Positions 9,338 to 18,408 of a stretch of 64,000 bases of DNA are shown piece by piece; the first letter of the stretch is position 1; each line of letters opens with the position of its first letter. The stretch is taken from sequence record NC_054929.1. One strand, 5' to 3'. The DNA is from Escherichia phage PE37. The notes under the pieces were generated by a model, which saw nothing but the letters and a program-made list of their open reading frames with translations, was not told where the DNA came from and did no database searches. Both the position numbers and the translations under genes were made by a program.

Positions 9338-9507
9338 ATAGTTTTGAGTTACAATATGAAGTGTTACGTGAGCTTGATAATTTAATTGAACTCGCTGCTA
9401 ATAAAGGTTTTGCCATTGGAATCGGTCAAAAAGATACTGACCATTTAACTACGGAAATATTTAAGCAAAAGCGAATTATTTTAAAACTCCTGGAAATTAA
9501 TATATGA
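9334..9507 (+). CDS. small hypothetical protein (57 aa)
   Basis: ATGA overlaps at both ends; not in ORF track. Confidence 0.45.
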   Translation: MNSFELQYEVLRELDNLIELAANKGFAIGIGQKDTDHLTTEIFKQKRIILKLLEINI

Positions 9508-9689
9508 GTCTGAGTAAAGAACAAAAAGATAAATTGTTTGAGCTTATCCATGAACTTCTAGATGAGCATGCAGAAGCAAACACCTTTTATGATGAATACG
9601 GCCCGCTATCTCCCGAACAACAAGAAGAATTTGCTGACCGGTTTGATAAGAAAGAAAACGAATTAATAGCTTATGTGAATACGCTTTAA
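9504..9689 (+). CDS. hypothetical acidic protein
   Basis: ATG; 61 aa. Confidence 0.5.
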   Translation: MSLSKEQKDKLFELIHELLDEHAEANTFYDEYGPLSPEQQEEFADRFDKKENELIAYVNTL

Positions 9690-9698
9690 GAAGGTGAT

Positions 9699-10280
9699 AT
9701 GGCGAGTTTAATTTTTACTTATGCAGCAATGAATGCTGGAAAATCTGCTTCTCTTTTGACTGCTGCACATAATTATAAAGAACGTGGAATGAGTGTATTA
9801 GTTCTTAAGCCTGCTATTGATACTCGCGATTCTGTCTGTGAAGTTGTTTCTCGCATTGGAATTAAACAGGAAGCGAATATTATTACAGATGATATGGATA
9901 TTTTCGAGTTCTATAAATGGGCTGAAGCACAAAAAGATATTCATTGTGTATTTGTAGATGAAGCTCAGTTTTTAAAAACTGAACAAGTGCATCAATTGAG
10001 CCGAATTGTTGATACATATAATGTTCCTGTTATGGCTTATGGATTAAGGACTGATTTCGCTGGAAAATTGTTTGAAGGTTCTAAAGAACTTTTAGCGATT
10101 GCAGATAAACTTATTGAACTAAAGGCAGTTTGTCATTGCGGCAAAAAAGCGATTATGACAGCTCGATTAATGGAAGATGGAACACCAGTTAAAGAAGGTA
10201 ATCAAATCTGTATTGGTGATGAAATTTATGTTTCTTTGTGCAGAAAACATTGGAATGAATTAACTAAAAAGCTCGGTTAG
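9699..10280 (+). CDS. tk: thymidine kinase
   Basis: 193 aa, MASLIFTYAAMNAGKSASLL..., P-loop plus C-terminal zinc ribbon; matches T4 Tk. Confidence 0.95.
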   Translation: MASLIFTYAAMNAGKSASLLTAAHNYKERGMSVLVLKPAIDTRDSVCEVVSRIGIKQEANIITDDMDIFEFYKWAEAQKDIHCVFVDEAQFLKTEQVHQLSRIVDTYNVPVMAYGLRTDFAGKLFEGSKELLAIADKLIELKAVCHCGKKAIMTARLMEDGTPVKEGNQICIGDEIYVSLCRKHWNELTKKLG

Positions 10281-10289
10281 TGCAAAAGT

Positions 10290-10297
10290 TATAAATA
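10290..10297 (+). promoter_or_regulatory. late promoter TATAAATA
   Basis: exact TATAAATA about 26 nt upstream of ATG 10323. Confidence 0.5.
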
Positions 10298-10322
10298 GGT
10301 TTATCTAACTAAAGGGGTATAT

Positions 10323-10535
10323 ATGCTACAATTAACTGAAAAGCAACTTCGCAATCTTACTGTTCTTCAATTAGATGAAATTCGTAGGGAAGTTGGAAAT
10401 ATCATTTCAGCTTTGCGTCGAGAAGTATCACTCAACCAATCTCCGGCAGACTATACTAGATTGCGAAATTTTGAAAAATACCTTGATAAAGTTAAGGCCG
10501 TGCATCGGCATAAAGTAAATACAGGACAAAAATGA
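10323..10535 (+). CDS. hypothetical protein
   Basis: ATG+SD GGGGTAT; 70 aa. Confidence 0.55.
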
Positions 10536-10547
10536 TAGGAGGCCTTT

Positions 10548-10841
10548 ATGGCCTTAAAAGCAACGGCACTATTTGCCATGCTAGGATTAGCGTTTGCTTT
10601 ATCTCCACCGATTGAAGCGAATGTCGATCCTCATTTTGATAAATTTATGGAATCTGGCATTAGACATGTTTATATGCTTTTTGAAAATAAAAGCGTAGAA
10701 TCATCTGAACAGTTCTATAGTTTTATGCGAACGACCTATAAAAATGACCCGTGCTCTTCCGATTTTGAATGTATAGAGCGAGGCGCGGAGATGGCACAAT
10801 CATACGCTAGAATTATGAACATTAAATTGGAGACTGAATGA
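10548..10841 (+). CDS. secreted hypothetical protein
   Basis: SD GGAGG; signal peptide. Confidence 0.6.
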   Translation: MALKATALFAMLGLAFALSPPIEANVDPHFDKFMESGIRHVYMLFENKSVESSEQFYSFMRTTYKNDPCSSDFECIERGAEMAQSYARIMNIKLETE

Positions 10842-11224
10842 AATTCAGCGACTTTTCACAAAGTGGAAAACCTTCAAAGGCAGATGAATACTTAGGTTTA
10901 TTAATGGCTGCACAAGCTTATTTTCATTCTGCACATTTTGAAACTAAAAGTTATGCTAGACACAAAGCATACGATTTTATTTTCTCCGAGTTGCCAGATT
11001 TGATTGATAAATTTGGTGAGCAATATTTGGGGTATTCTGGTAGAAAATACACACCTTCAATTCCAGATGCCAGTAAACTTCCTACCGACACAATTAAAAT
11101 GATTGATCGCATACTAGACCAATCTAACAGCATTTATAAAGAAATGCCTCCAGCCATCCAAAGCACGATAGATGATATTACTGGAATGTTTTACCAGAGT
11201 AAATATCTTCTTTCCCTCGAATAA
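10838..11224 (+). CDS. hypothetical protein
   Basis: ATGA overlap; 128 aa. Confidence 0.6.
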
Positions 11225-11228
11225 CATT

Positions 11229-11252
11229 AGTCTCCTTCGGGAGACTTTTTTC
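11229..11252 (+). terminator. rho-independent terminator (UUCG loop)
   Basis: AGTCTCCTTCGGGAGACT followed by TTTTTT. Confidence 0.8.
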
Positions 11253-11300
11253 ATTTTACCGGTTTACTTTCCATTTGAGCTGTGATACTATACAACTATC
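11252..11300 (+). promoter_or_regulatory. early promoter
   Basis: GTTTAC 11262-11267, 18 bp, TACTAT. Confidence 0.65.
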
Positions 11301-11319
11301 GGATAAAGAGGAGAACATC

Positions 11320-11508
11320 ATGAAAATTGAAGCACTTAATCAAGAAGGAAATATCTACGTCATTATTAATGGTGATTTTTTCGTCGACATGGATGAAGTT
11401 ACTAGTGAAGAACTTGTAGAACTTCTTAAGAAACGTTATAATATGTGTGATGAAGTTGCAACTCACATGGCGTGTGCAATATTCTCTCTTTCATATGTGG
11501 TGGAATAA
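11320..11508 (+). CDS. hypothetical protein
   Basis: ATG+SD GAGGAG. Confidence 0.55.
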
Positions 11509-11711
11509 TGATTAGTATTGAACAAGCAGATAAAATTAAGGAATTAGTGGCTTCAATTCGTAAAGCAGATGAAGAGCTGATTGACTTTGATTGGTATTCA
11601 TCGGGTATTTCTAATAAAGGCATTAAAGACTTTGAAACTAAAGTGGATAATGCTATAGAAGCGTTAGATATGTTTCTTGATGAAATTATCGATCATAATA
11701 CAAGAGTGTAA
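11508..11711 (+). CDS. hypothetical protein
   Basis: TAATG junction (GGTGGAATAATG). Confidence 0.5.
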   Translation: MISIEQADKIKELVASIRKADEELIDFDWYSSGISNKGIKDFETKVDNAIEALDMFLDEIIDHNTRV

Positions 11712-11713
11712 GT

Positions 11714-11908
11714 ATGCTAACACGCGAACAGTTTGAAAAAATCATTAAATTAGCACGTGATATTGAAATAGATTCATATCAATTAGCAGTTGAGCATTGT
11801 GAAGGATATTCATACGACGGTATAGAAGCAGCTAAAAAGGATTTGGATAAATCTAAAGCTAAGCTAGTTCAATATCTTGAAATGATTAGGTGGAATAATG
11901 AAAACTGA
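11714..11908 (+). CDS. hypothetical protein
   Basis: ATG; 64 aa. Confidence 0.5.
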   Translation: MLTREQFEKIIKLARDIEIDSYQLAVEHCEGYSYDGIEAAKKDLDKSKAKLVQYLEMIRWNNEN

Positions 11909-12071
11909 AAAGCAGATGTTTTTAATGAAACTAATTGAAGAATATGCTAATGCAGTTTCTGACTATGAATGTTCTTCTCGGGAAAGAGGTACAGCTTTCG
12001 CCAAAGAAGAAATGAAAATCATGGTTGATGCTCACACAAAGCTTCAGAATTTTATTGAAAACGTCATTTAA
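11898..12071 (+). CDS. small hypothetical protein (57 aa)
   Basis: same GGTGGAATAATG junction as 11508; not in ORF track. Confidence 0.4.
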   Translation: MKTEKQMFLMKLIEEYANAVSDYECSSRERGTAFAKEEMKIMVDAHTKLQNFIENVI

Positions 12072-12112
12072 TGGTTTACAAGTTGGCAAGGTTATGGTAT
12101 AGTAATCTTGTC
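12065..12112 (+). promoter_or_regulatory. early promoter
   Basis: GTTTAC 12074-12079, 18 bp, TATAGT. Confidence 0.65.
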
Positions 12113-12235
12113 AACTGCCAAGGAGAAGAGAATGAAAGTTTTGTTTGTTATATATGTGATGATTCAATATAATTACCCAATGTTTACTTATAATTTGGTG
12201 AATAACATTATTGATATTATTCAAAGGAGTATGTA

Positions 12236-12421
12236 ATGACAAGTGAGCAGGCTTTTAAATTAAGAGAATTAATTGAGACGTATAGTAGAGCTGTTCATAC
12301 ATCAACAATTATTGATGAATCAGCTTTCTCCGGACATGCTAACAAGATTAAATACAAAACTCTTATGGAAGAAGCTAAAGTAAATCTTGATTGTTATATT
12401 GAAACTTTAATTGGTAAATAA
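12236..12421 (+). CDS. hypothetical protein
   Basis: ATG+SD AGGAG. Confidence 0.55.
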   Translation: MTSEQAFKLRELIETYSRAVHTSTIIDESAFSGHANKIKYKTLMEEAKVNLDCYIETLIGK

Positions 12422-12422
12422 T

Positions 12423-12965
12423 ATGAAAGCTGTAATTGAAACAACTGATTTGTTCGGTAATCTAGTTATCGAAAAACGCGGTAATGTATATGTTCTGACG
12501 CAGGAAGACGATAGTATTATTATTCTTCCTATGGAACTGGCTGCGATTTTATCTTATGCTCCCTCAAGAGTTACCGGTGTAACTAATATTACAGACGACC
12601 TCCAAGTTCGTTTTTATCGTGGCCTTTACGGCGGTAATATTGAAACTGAATTTATGTGTCTTTCTATCAACAATTGGGCAACATTCGTTGCCAAGGTGAA
12701 AGAATTCTTGGAATCTGAAACAGTCGAAACACCCGAAAAGGCTAAACTTCAATGGGCTAAAGATCGCGGTGCTAGCATTATTAATCCAGTAGCTGCAAAT
12801 TATACTACGACTTTGGATGTCAAGACTTCTTATGAAGATGGCGATGTCGTACTTGTTCGCCAAATTGATGATTCTCGAGCACATATTGTCACATTTACCA
12901 AAGATGAAGCTATTGCACTAAAGACTTATCTTGATTCTGTCATTCCAACTATGATTTCAAAGTGA
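12423..12965 (+). CDS. hypothetical protein (paralog pair member 1)
   Basis: in-frame ATG at 12423; C-terminal EAIALKTYLDSVIPTM resembles next gene. Confidence 0.55.
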   Translation: MKAVIETTDLFGNLVIEKRGNVYVLTQEDDSIIILPMELAAILSYAPSRVTGVTNITDDLQVRFYRGLYGGNIETEFMCLSINNWATFVAKVKEFLESETVETPEKAKLQWAKDRGASIINPVAANYTTTLDVKTSYEDGDVVLVRQIDDSRAHIVTFTKDEAIALKTYLDSVIPTMISK

Positions 12966-12971
12966 GGAAAT

Positions 12972-13493
12972 ATGTTTATTTCAAGTGGAAGTGGTTTAAT
13001 TCGTGTTGAATTTAAAAATGACATCTTTCTTATTCAAGGAGATGATATTATTAAAATGAGTTATGACGAAATCAAGAAAATTTGTCATGCTCTTGAAAGT
13101 CATGGAAAAGTGAACGCTGTTATTGATATTGGCGATTTATGGGTGACACTTTATGAAGTATCCGAAGGATTTAACATTGAAGATGAAAATAACATTTTAG
13201 CTATTGATAAAAGAACTGATTTGTTTGATGTATTAAAAGTTTATGAACAGTCAAATGGCGGAAGAAAAGCTGTATTGATTTATCAAAAACCGCATTCATG
13301 TGGAACTGCTTCAATCATTTCAAATATTGAAGGCGAAGTTGATACTTATATGTGTGTTTTAAAAGCTGGTGGTGACCGTCATCCGGATTTTATTTCTATT
13401 CGTCAAAACAATGGAGAAATTTCATTGTCAAAATCAGAAGCTGAAGCTATGATTAAGTATTTAACAACCGTTACGCCTTCAATGAAAGGATAG
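12972..13493 (+). CDS. hypothetical protein (paralog pair member 2)
   Basis: SD GAGGAAA; C-terminal EAEAMIKYLTTVTPSM. Confidence 0.6.
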   Translation: MFISSGSGLIRVEFKNDIFLIQGDDIIKMSYDEIKKICHALESHGKVNAVIDIGDLWVTLYEVSEGFNIEDENNILAIDKRTDLFDVLKVYEQSNGGRKAVLIYQKPHSCGTASIISNIEGEVDTYMCVLKAGGDRHPDFISIRQNNGEISLSKSEAEAMIKYLTTVTPSMKG

Positions 13494-13495
13494 TT

Positions 13496-13957
13496 ATGAT
13501 TATTAATGAAAACTCTTGGCACTATAAATTATTCAAATTGTTTAACGATGAATGGCAACGACCTAAGACACTATGTGCATACTTTTGGTCTATTGTTATC
13601 CCTACATTTTTCGTTTCTTTTTTCGGATGCACTATACTCGCAGGTCTAACTATCATCTGTGCAGAAATCATACAGAAATGGCTTATTTTTGGTAGTTTAT
13701 GGACTCTTATTCCATCAGCATTTATACTTGCTATTTTGCTTGTTTTACTTATTATCGGTTCATTTGTTATTCCTGTACATTTGCATGAAAAATATAAAGA
13801 TTATAAATGGAAAAAGGATTATGCTTTACACGTAGAAAATATTGATAGAGCGTATAAAGGTTTACCTCCTATTCAACCCAAGAAATCTATTATCGTCGAA
13901 TTTTTAAAAGCGCGTAAAGCTAAAGTATGTCCTGTTATTGAATATAAGGCTGAATGA
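13496..13957 (+). CDS. membrane protein
   Basis: ATG; 3 predicted TM segments. Confidence 0.55.
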   Translation: MIINENSWHYKLFKLFNDEWQRPKTLCAYFWSIVIPTFFVSFFGCTILAGLTIICAEIIQKWLIFGSLWTLIPSAFILAILLVLLIIGSFVIPVHLHEKYKDYKWKKDYALHVENIDRAYKGLPPIQPKKSIIVEFLKARKAKVCPVIEYKAE

Positions 13958-14967
13958 TGAAAACAGTAATGAAAAGTTATTTTGGTAGTCATCTTTATGG
14001 AACTTCTACCCCAGAATCTGATGTAGATTTTAAAGAAATCTTTGTTCCTCCTGCTCGCGATATTCTTATTGGAAATGTCAAAGAGCATATGAGTAAAAAC
14101 ACTAACAACACATCATCTAAAAACACTAAAGATGATATTGACCATGAACTATACAGTCTTAAGTATTTCTTTAAATTAGCAGCAGATGGTGAAACTGTAG
14201 CGTTAGATATGCTTCACACTCCGCCTGAACTAGTGGTTAAATCTGATTTGCCTGATGTATGGAAGTTTATTCAAGACAATCGTTCTCGTTTTTATACGAC
14301 TAACATGAAATCCTACTTAGGATATGTTCGCAAGCAAGCTTCTAAATACGGTGTTAAGGGTTCTCGTTTGGCTGCATTACGTGATGTATTGAAAGTAGTT
14401 AATCAAATCCCCGATCAGTGGGTTGATTACCGAGAAGATGGAACACAAGGACAACGTCGCACTAAAGTTGAAGATATTAAGCATCGTCTTCCAGAAAACG
14501 AATTCTGTGAATGGGTGTTCCATAATCATGAGAAAACAGGTCCACAAACGTTCTACACTGTATTGGGTCGTAAATATCAGACAACGCTTTCTCTTATTGA
14601 GCTTAAGCAGTCTTTGAATAAACTTGATGCTGAATATGGTGAACGCGCTCGTAAGGCTGAAGCCAATGAAGGTATTGACTGGAAAGCTCTGAGCCATGCT
14701 TGTCGTGGTGGACTCCAACTATTGGAAATTTACAAAACTGGCGACTTAGTTTATCCACTCCAAGATGCTCCATTTATTCTCGACGTGAAGCTGGGTAAAC
14801 ATCCATTTAAAACTGTTCAAGAGTTTTTGGAAGATGTGGTCGATCAAGTAGAAGCAGCATCTACTGAAGCTTCTAAGAATGGTATGCCTAAAACAGTAGA
14901 TATGAGCTTTTGGAATAATTTCCTCGAACAGGTTTATCTTGAAAACCACCGAAGTTATTATAAATGA
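13954..14967 (+). CDS. nucleotidyltransferase-fold protein (Pol-beta-like NTase)
   Basis: GSHLYGTSTPESDVDF (GS...D-x-D) plus downstream acidic residue; 337 aa. Confidence 0.65.
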   Translation: MMKTVMKSYFGSHLYGTSTPESDVDFKEIFVPPARDILIGNVKEHMSKNTNNTSSKNTKDDIDHELYSLKYFFKLAADGETVALDMLHTPPELVVKSDLPDVWKFIQDNRSRFYTTNMKSYLGYVRKQASKYGVKGSRLAALRDVLKVVNQIPDQWVDYREDGTQGQRRTKVEDIKHRLPENEFCEWVFHNHEKTGPQTFYTVLGRKYQTTLSLIELKQSLNKLDAEYGERARKAEANEGIDWKALSHACRGGLQLLEIYKTGDLVYPLQDAPFILDVKLGKHPFKTVQEFLEDVVDQVEAASTEASKNGMPKTVDMSFWNNFLEQVYLENHRSYYK

Positions 14968-14969
14968 TA

Positions 14970-14995
14970 GGGAGCCTTCGGGCTCCCTTTTTATT
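14970..14995 (+). terminator. rho-independent terminator (UUCG loop)
   Basis: GGGAGCCTTCGGGCTCCC followed by TTTTTATTT. Confidence 0.85.
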
Positions 14996-14999
14996 TCAA

Positions 15000-15055
15000 A
15001 AATTTTTCACAAAGTTGTTTACAAGCATAAAGCTTTATGGTACTATACAACTATC
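15000..15055 (+). promoter_or_regulatory. early promoter
   Basis: GTTTAC 15017-15022, 18 bp, TACTAT 15041-15046. Confidence 0.7.
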
Positions 15056-15080
15056 AACTGATACGGATTTGGAGAATAAA

Positions 15081-16049
15081 ATGAAAACTGTAACTATCAA
15101 TAAGGGTATCTACTTCGGTAAAGAAATCTCTGGAACTTTTGAGCTCTTAGGCGAATGGTTCCCAGATAATGCTCCGGTAGATGCACAAGGAGATGGTAAA
15201 GTTTTTGTTGAAATTGACGGTAAGCGTCGCGGTGTTTGGGTTTACAAATCAGACATTTCATATGATGGTGTAAAAGTTGAAGAAGTTAAAGAATCGTATG
15301 AAGATATGAAAACCCGCATTAATAAAAGATTTAATGTTATGGGAATGATGACGAATGGTATTATTAATGGAAATATTCGTTCATTAATTATCTCTGGCGC
15401 AGCAGGTATTGGTAAAACGTATTCTTTAGATAAAGCTTTAAATAAAGCAAATGATATTGGATACATTGAATATAAAAGCATTAATGGTAAAATCTCTGGT
15501 ATTGGTCTTTATGAGCAGCTTTGGAATAATCGTGAAGAGAATTCTGTCCTTTTGATTGATGATGTGGATGTTTTCTCTGATATGGACATTCTTAATCTTC
15601 TGAAAGCTGCTCTGGACACTGGAGAGACCCGTAAAGTCTGCTGGAGCACCGCATCTTCTTACTTAGAAGAAAAAGGCATTGAGCGTGAGTTTGAATTTAA
15701 AGGAACGATTGTTTTTATCACAAACGTTGACATTGACCGCGAATTAGACCGTGGTACTAAACTTGCTCCACATTTACAAGCATTAGTGTCCCGCTCAGTT
15801 TATTTGGATTTGGGTGTTCACACTAATGAAGAAATTATGGTCAGGGTTGAAGATGTTATTCTTTCAACTGACATGATGCAAAAGCGCGGTCTTTCTGATG
15901 AAGAAACTTATAAAGCATTATCATGGATGAAAGTCAATGTTAATCGTTTACGCAATGTTTCACTGCGTACTGCTCTTTATCTTGCTGACTTTATTATGAC
16001 CGACAAAAACGGTTGGGAAGAAATTGCTACGGTTACTCTTCTGAAATAA
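15081..16049 (+). CDS. AAA+/P-loop ATPase
   Basis: Walker A GAAGIGKT, Walker B VLLIDDVD; start 15081 (track N-terminal extension runs through terminator and promoter). Confidence 0.7.
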   Translation: MKTVTINKGIYFGKEISGTFELLGEWFPDNAPVDAQGDGKVFVEIDGKRRGVWVYKSDISYDGVKVEEVKESYEDMKTRINKRFNVMGMMTNGIINGNIRSLIISGAAGIGKTYSLDKALNKANDIGYIEYKSINGKISGIGLYEQLWNNREENSVLLIDDVDVFSDMDILNLLKAALDTGETRKVCWSTASSYLEEKGIEREFEFKGTIVFITNVDIDRELDRGTKLAPHLQALVSRSVYLDLGVHTNEEIMVRVEDVILSTDMMQKRGLSDEETYKALSWMKVNVNRLRNVSLRTALYLADFIMTDKNGWEEIATVTLLK

Positions 16050-16151
16050 ATTCATAAGAGGACTTCTAAGACAAAAAGGCAGTTCAGAAATAGATTATAT
16101 GGACTGCCATCAAAAAGATGACTAGAATTAAACTGGTAAATGGAGGTAAAG

Positions 16152-16454
16152 ATGTTATACTCAAAAGCTCGTGAAATTTATGAAACTAAAATTAAAGACG
16201 CGGTTCATCAGTTCGCAACGACAATGCGTTGGACAAATGACTGGGAATACTCCAAGAATCATAAGAAGCCCTTGGTGACAAGAAAGGCTCATATGTTAGT
16301 GTTAATAGACCGTGAGCAGATTAAAGCCCGAGAAGCCCTCCAGAATCATAAAAAGGCTGCCTTTGAATGGTTTATGGATAACACTGCTCCTGAGACTAAG
16401 AAAGCAGTGAGCGCTTGGTTCAGTGGAAAAAATTGTGAAAGAAGTTTCTTTTAG
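16152..16454 (+). CDS. hypothetical protein
   Basis: ATG after GGAGG; 100 aa. Confidence 0.55.
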   Translation: MLYSKAREIYETKIKDAVHQFATTMRWTNDWEYSKNHKKPLVTRKAHMLVLIDREQIKAREALQNHKKAAFEWFMDNTAPETKKAVSAWFSGKNCERSFF

Positions 16455-16492
16455 TTGTTTACAAGACTGTTCCTCTGTGGTACTATACAACT
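16445..16492 (+). promoter_or_regulatory. early promoter
   Basis: GTTTAC 16456-16461, 18 bp, TACTAT. Confidence 0.7.
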
Positions 16493-16514
16493 ATCAACTA
16501 CGGAGGAACAGAAA

Positions 16515-17042
16515 ATGAACGCTAAAGATATTTTCAACTTGGTAAACTACAATGATGGTAAATTTAAATCTGAAGCACAAAGTAAGTTCTTTAATGACAT
16601 CTCAATCGGAGGTGAAATCACTGTTGATGGAGGACAAATTTACAAATCCCGTTGGAATTGGATCGTTATTATTGATGAGATTGGTATTGTAGAAATTTAC
16701 AAAAATACGAATAAAAATCGTACATTACACTGGTCTCGTGATACTAACGAACAGTACAAAAAGGATAAAGCATCTAAGTTATCTCGTGTAACTCAAGAAG
16801 ATATTGAGTTCATCAAGAAAGATATTTTGATGTATGATAACTTAATTGCTGAAGAGCAAGCTGTTATTGATAAATTTGATGAGATTAAAGCTTCTCATAA
16901 AATTCCTGATTTTATGAAAGAATCAGTAAATGAACGATACACTCTCATTTCAGAGCGTATTGAAACTTACAAAAAGCAAAGAGCTGAACGCCAGAATACT
17001 CTTCGGAAGTTTGAAGAACGGTTAAAGACGGTACTTGCATAA
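16515..17042 (+). CDS. hypothetical protein
   Basis: ATG+SD GGAGG; 175 aa. Confidence 0.6.
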   Translation: MNAKDIFNLVNYNDGKFKSEAQSKFFNDISIGGEITVDGGQIYKSRWNWIVIIDEIGIVEIYKNTNKNRTLHWSRDTNEQYKKDKASKLSRVTQEDIEFIKKDILMYDNLIAEEQAVIDKFDEIKASHKIPDFMKESVNERYTLISERIETYKKQRAERQNTLRKFEERLKTVLA

Positions 17043-17097
17043 CCGCTTTATACCAAGGATGGTATAATGGTTCTAAGCCCTTTTAATTGAGATTATT

Positions 17098-17505
17098 ATG
17101 AAACAGCTGATAATTAAAAGATTGAATTTATTGATATGTTGTTTATGTATAGTAATTGCATATGGTTATTACGCAATTAATGATTATATGCATTATAAAG
17201 ATTATGATGTTACTGTAGTTAATACCCTTACAGGAACTCAAGGAAAGGGGTCTAGTTTATCGTTTATTGCCGTATATGAACTCAAAGACGGTTATAGATT
17301 TAGCGAATATATTTCCCCAGAGATGTATTCATCAATAGAAAAAGGCGATAATATTACTGTAAGTTTACGTCCTTTCGACGTAAAACAGACATTGTTTGAT
17401 AATATTGTTTGGTTCTTTGGAATGGTATTAGTTCAATCTGTATGCGGTGCTTATATAGTCTTTTCCATCATATTCTGCGTATTTAGTAAAATTGAAATTG
17501 AGTGA
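17098..17505 (+). CDS. membrane protein
   Basis: ATG; N- and C-terminal TM segments. Confidence 0.55.
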   Translation: MKQLIIKRLNLLICCLCIVIAYGYYAINDYMHYKDYDVTVVNTLTGTQGKGSSLSFIAVYELKDGYRFSEYISPEMYSSIEKGDNITVSLRPFDVKQTLFDNIVWFFGMVLVQSVCGAYIVFSIIFCVFSKIEIE

Positions 17506-17512
17506 GGAAAAT

Positions 17513-18400
17513 ATGTCAGTAGTAATTAATAATGTCAATGCAGTAATTAAATCTTTAGTTAATAAAAAATTGAATGAATGGACTGTACTTCGTCGTGGAG
17601 AGCCAGATAAATTTTTTCATAGATTTAACCCAACTTTGGATTTGAATGTTATTGACAGAGATGTTCATGCAGAAATTTTAGATAAGTTTAAAGTTGATAT
17701 TGGATTTGGATTAGAAAAACATTTACAGCGAACAAACGGGTCTGGAATGGGTTTATCTAATCGCATCATGAAAGCCCTTAATAAAATTGGAGCATTGTCT
17801 CGTATTAACGCGAGTGAAATCCTTCGTAATTATAATAAAGGATATGACCTTTATGGCCGACTAATGCCGAAATTGTCATTCGATCAAATGATTGCGGATT
17901 TGTGGGAAAATCAACGACGATTATTAGCATTAGGCGCTAGATTAGCTAAAGGTCTAGATAAACAAATGATTTTTAAAACTAATAATACAGAAGACCTTAA
18001 ATGCTTTAAATTTAGTACTCGTGGAGATGACTATTACATCAGAGCTCACTCTACAGATTATGTCAATATGGGGCATCATCTCTGTTTAGCTTTTGAAGTT
18101 TTAAAAGAAGCCGGAACATTAGAATATTCATCTGGGGCAAAATGCCCGATTGGTTCAAATTGTATTTTAATTTATCGCCCGAATGAATCCAGTTCAACTA
18201 AATTGCCTACAAAACCTGTACCAGTTCGTAATAATGAAAAACATTCTGAGCAAATTGATTATTTTAATAAGCAAATTGAAGAGCTGAATATTTCTATTCA
18301 ACAATATGATGATGAAATTTTCAGACTATCTGGACTGAGTAGTAAAGCTAAATCTGAGCGTGAAAAGTTAATTAAAATTGTTGATTTACTTAAATCTTAA
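17513..18400 (+). CDS. hypothetical protein with C-terminal coiled coil (tandem set A)
   Basis: SD GAGGAAA; C-terminal heptad-rich helix. Confidence 0.6.
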   Translation: MSVVINNVNAVIKSLVNKKLNEWTVLRRGEPDKFFHRFNPTLDLNVIDRDVHAEILDKFKVDIGFGLEKHLQRTNGSGMGLSNRIMKALNKIGALSRINASEILRNYNKGYDLYGRLMPKLSFDQMIADLWENQRRLLALGARLAKGLDKQMIFKTNNTEDLKCFKFSTRGDDYYIRAHSTDYVNMGHHLCLAFEVLKEAGTLEYSSGAKCPIGSNCILIYRPNESSSTKLPTKPVPVRNNEKHSEQIDYFNKQIEELNISIQQYDDEIFRLSGLSSKAKSEREKLIKIVDLLKS

Positions 18401-18408
18401 GGAACACC

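Noticed and set aside
14964-15080. N-terminal extension of the ATPase ORF in the track (start 14964)
   Set aside because: The extension reads through a terminator hairpin and an early promoter; the ATG at 15081 follows the conserved leader and SD.
16078-16108. Hairpin GGCAGT-(19 nt)-ACTGCC upstream of ORF 16152
   Set aside because: Short stem with a large loop in AT-rich DNA; within chance expectation.
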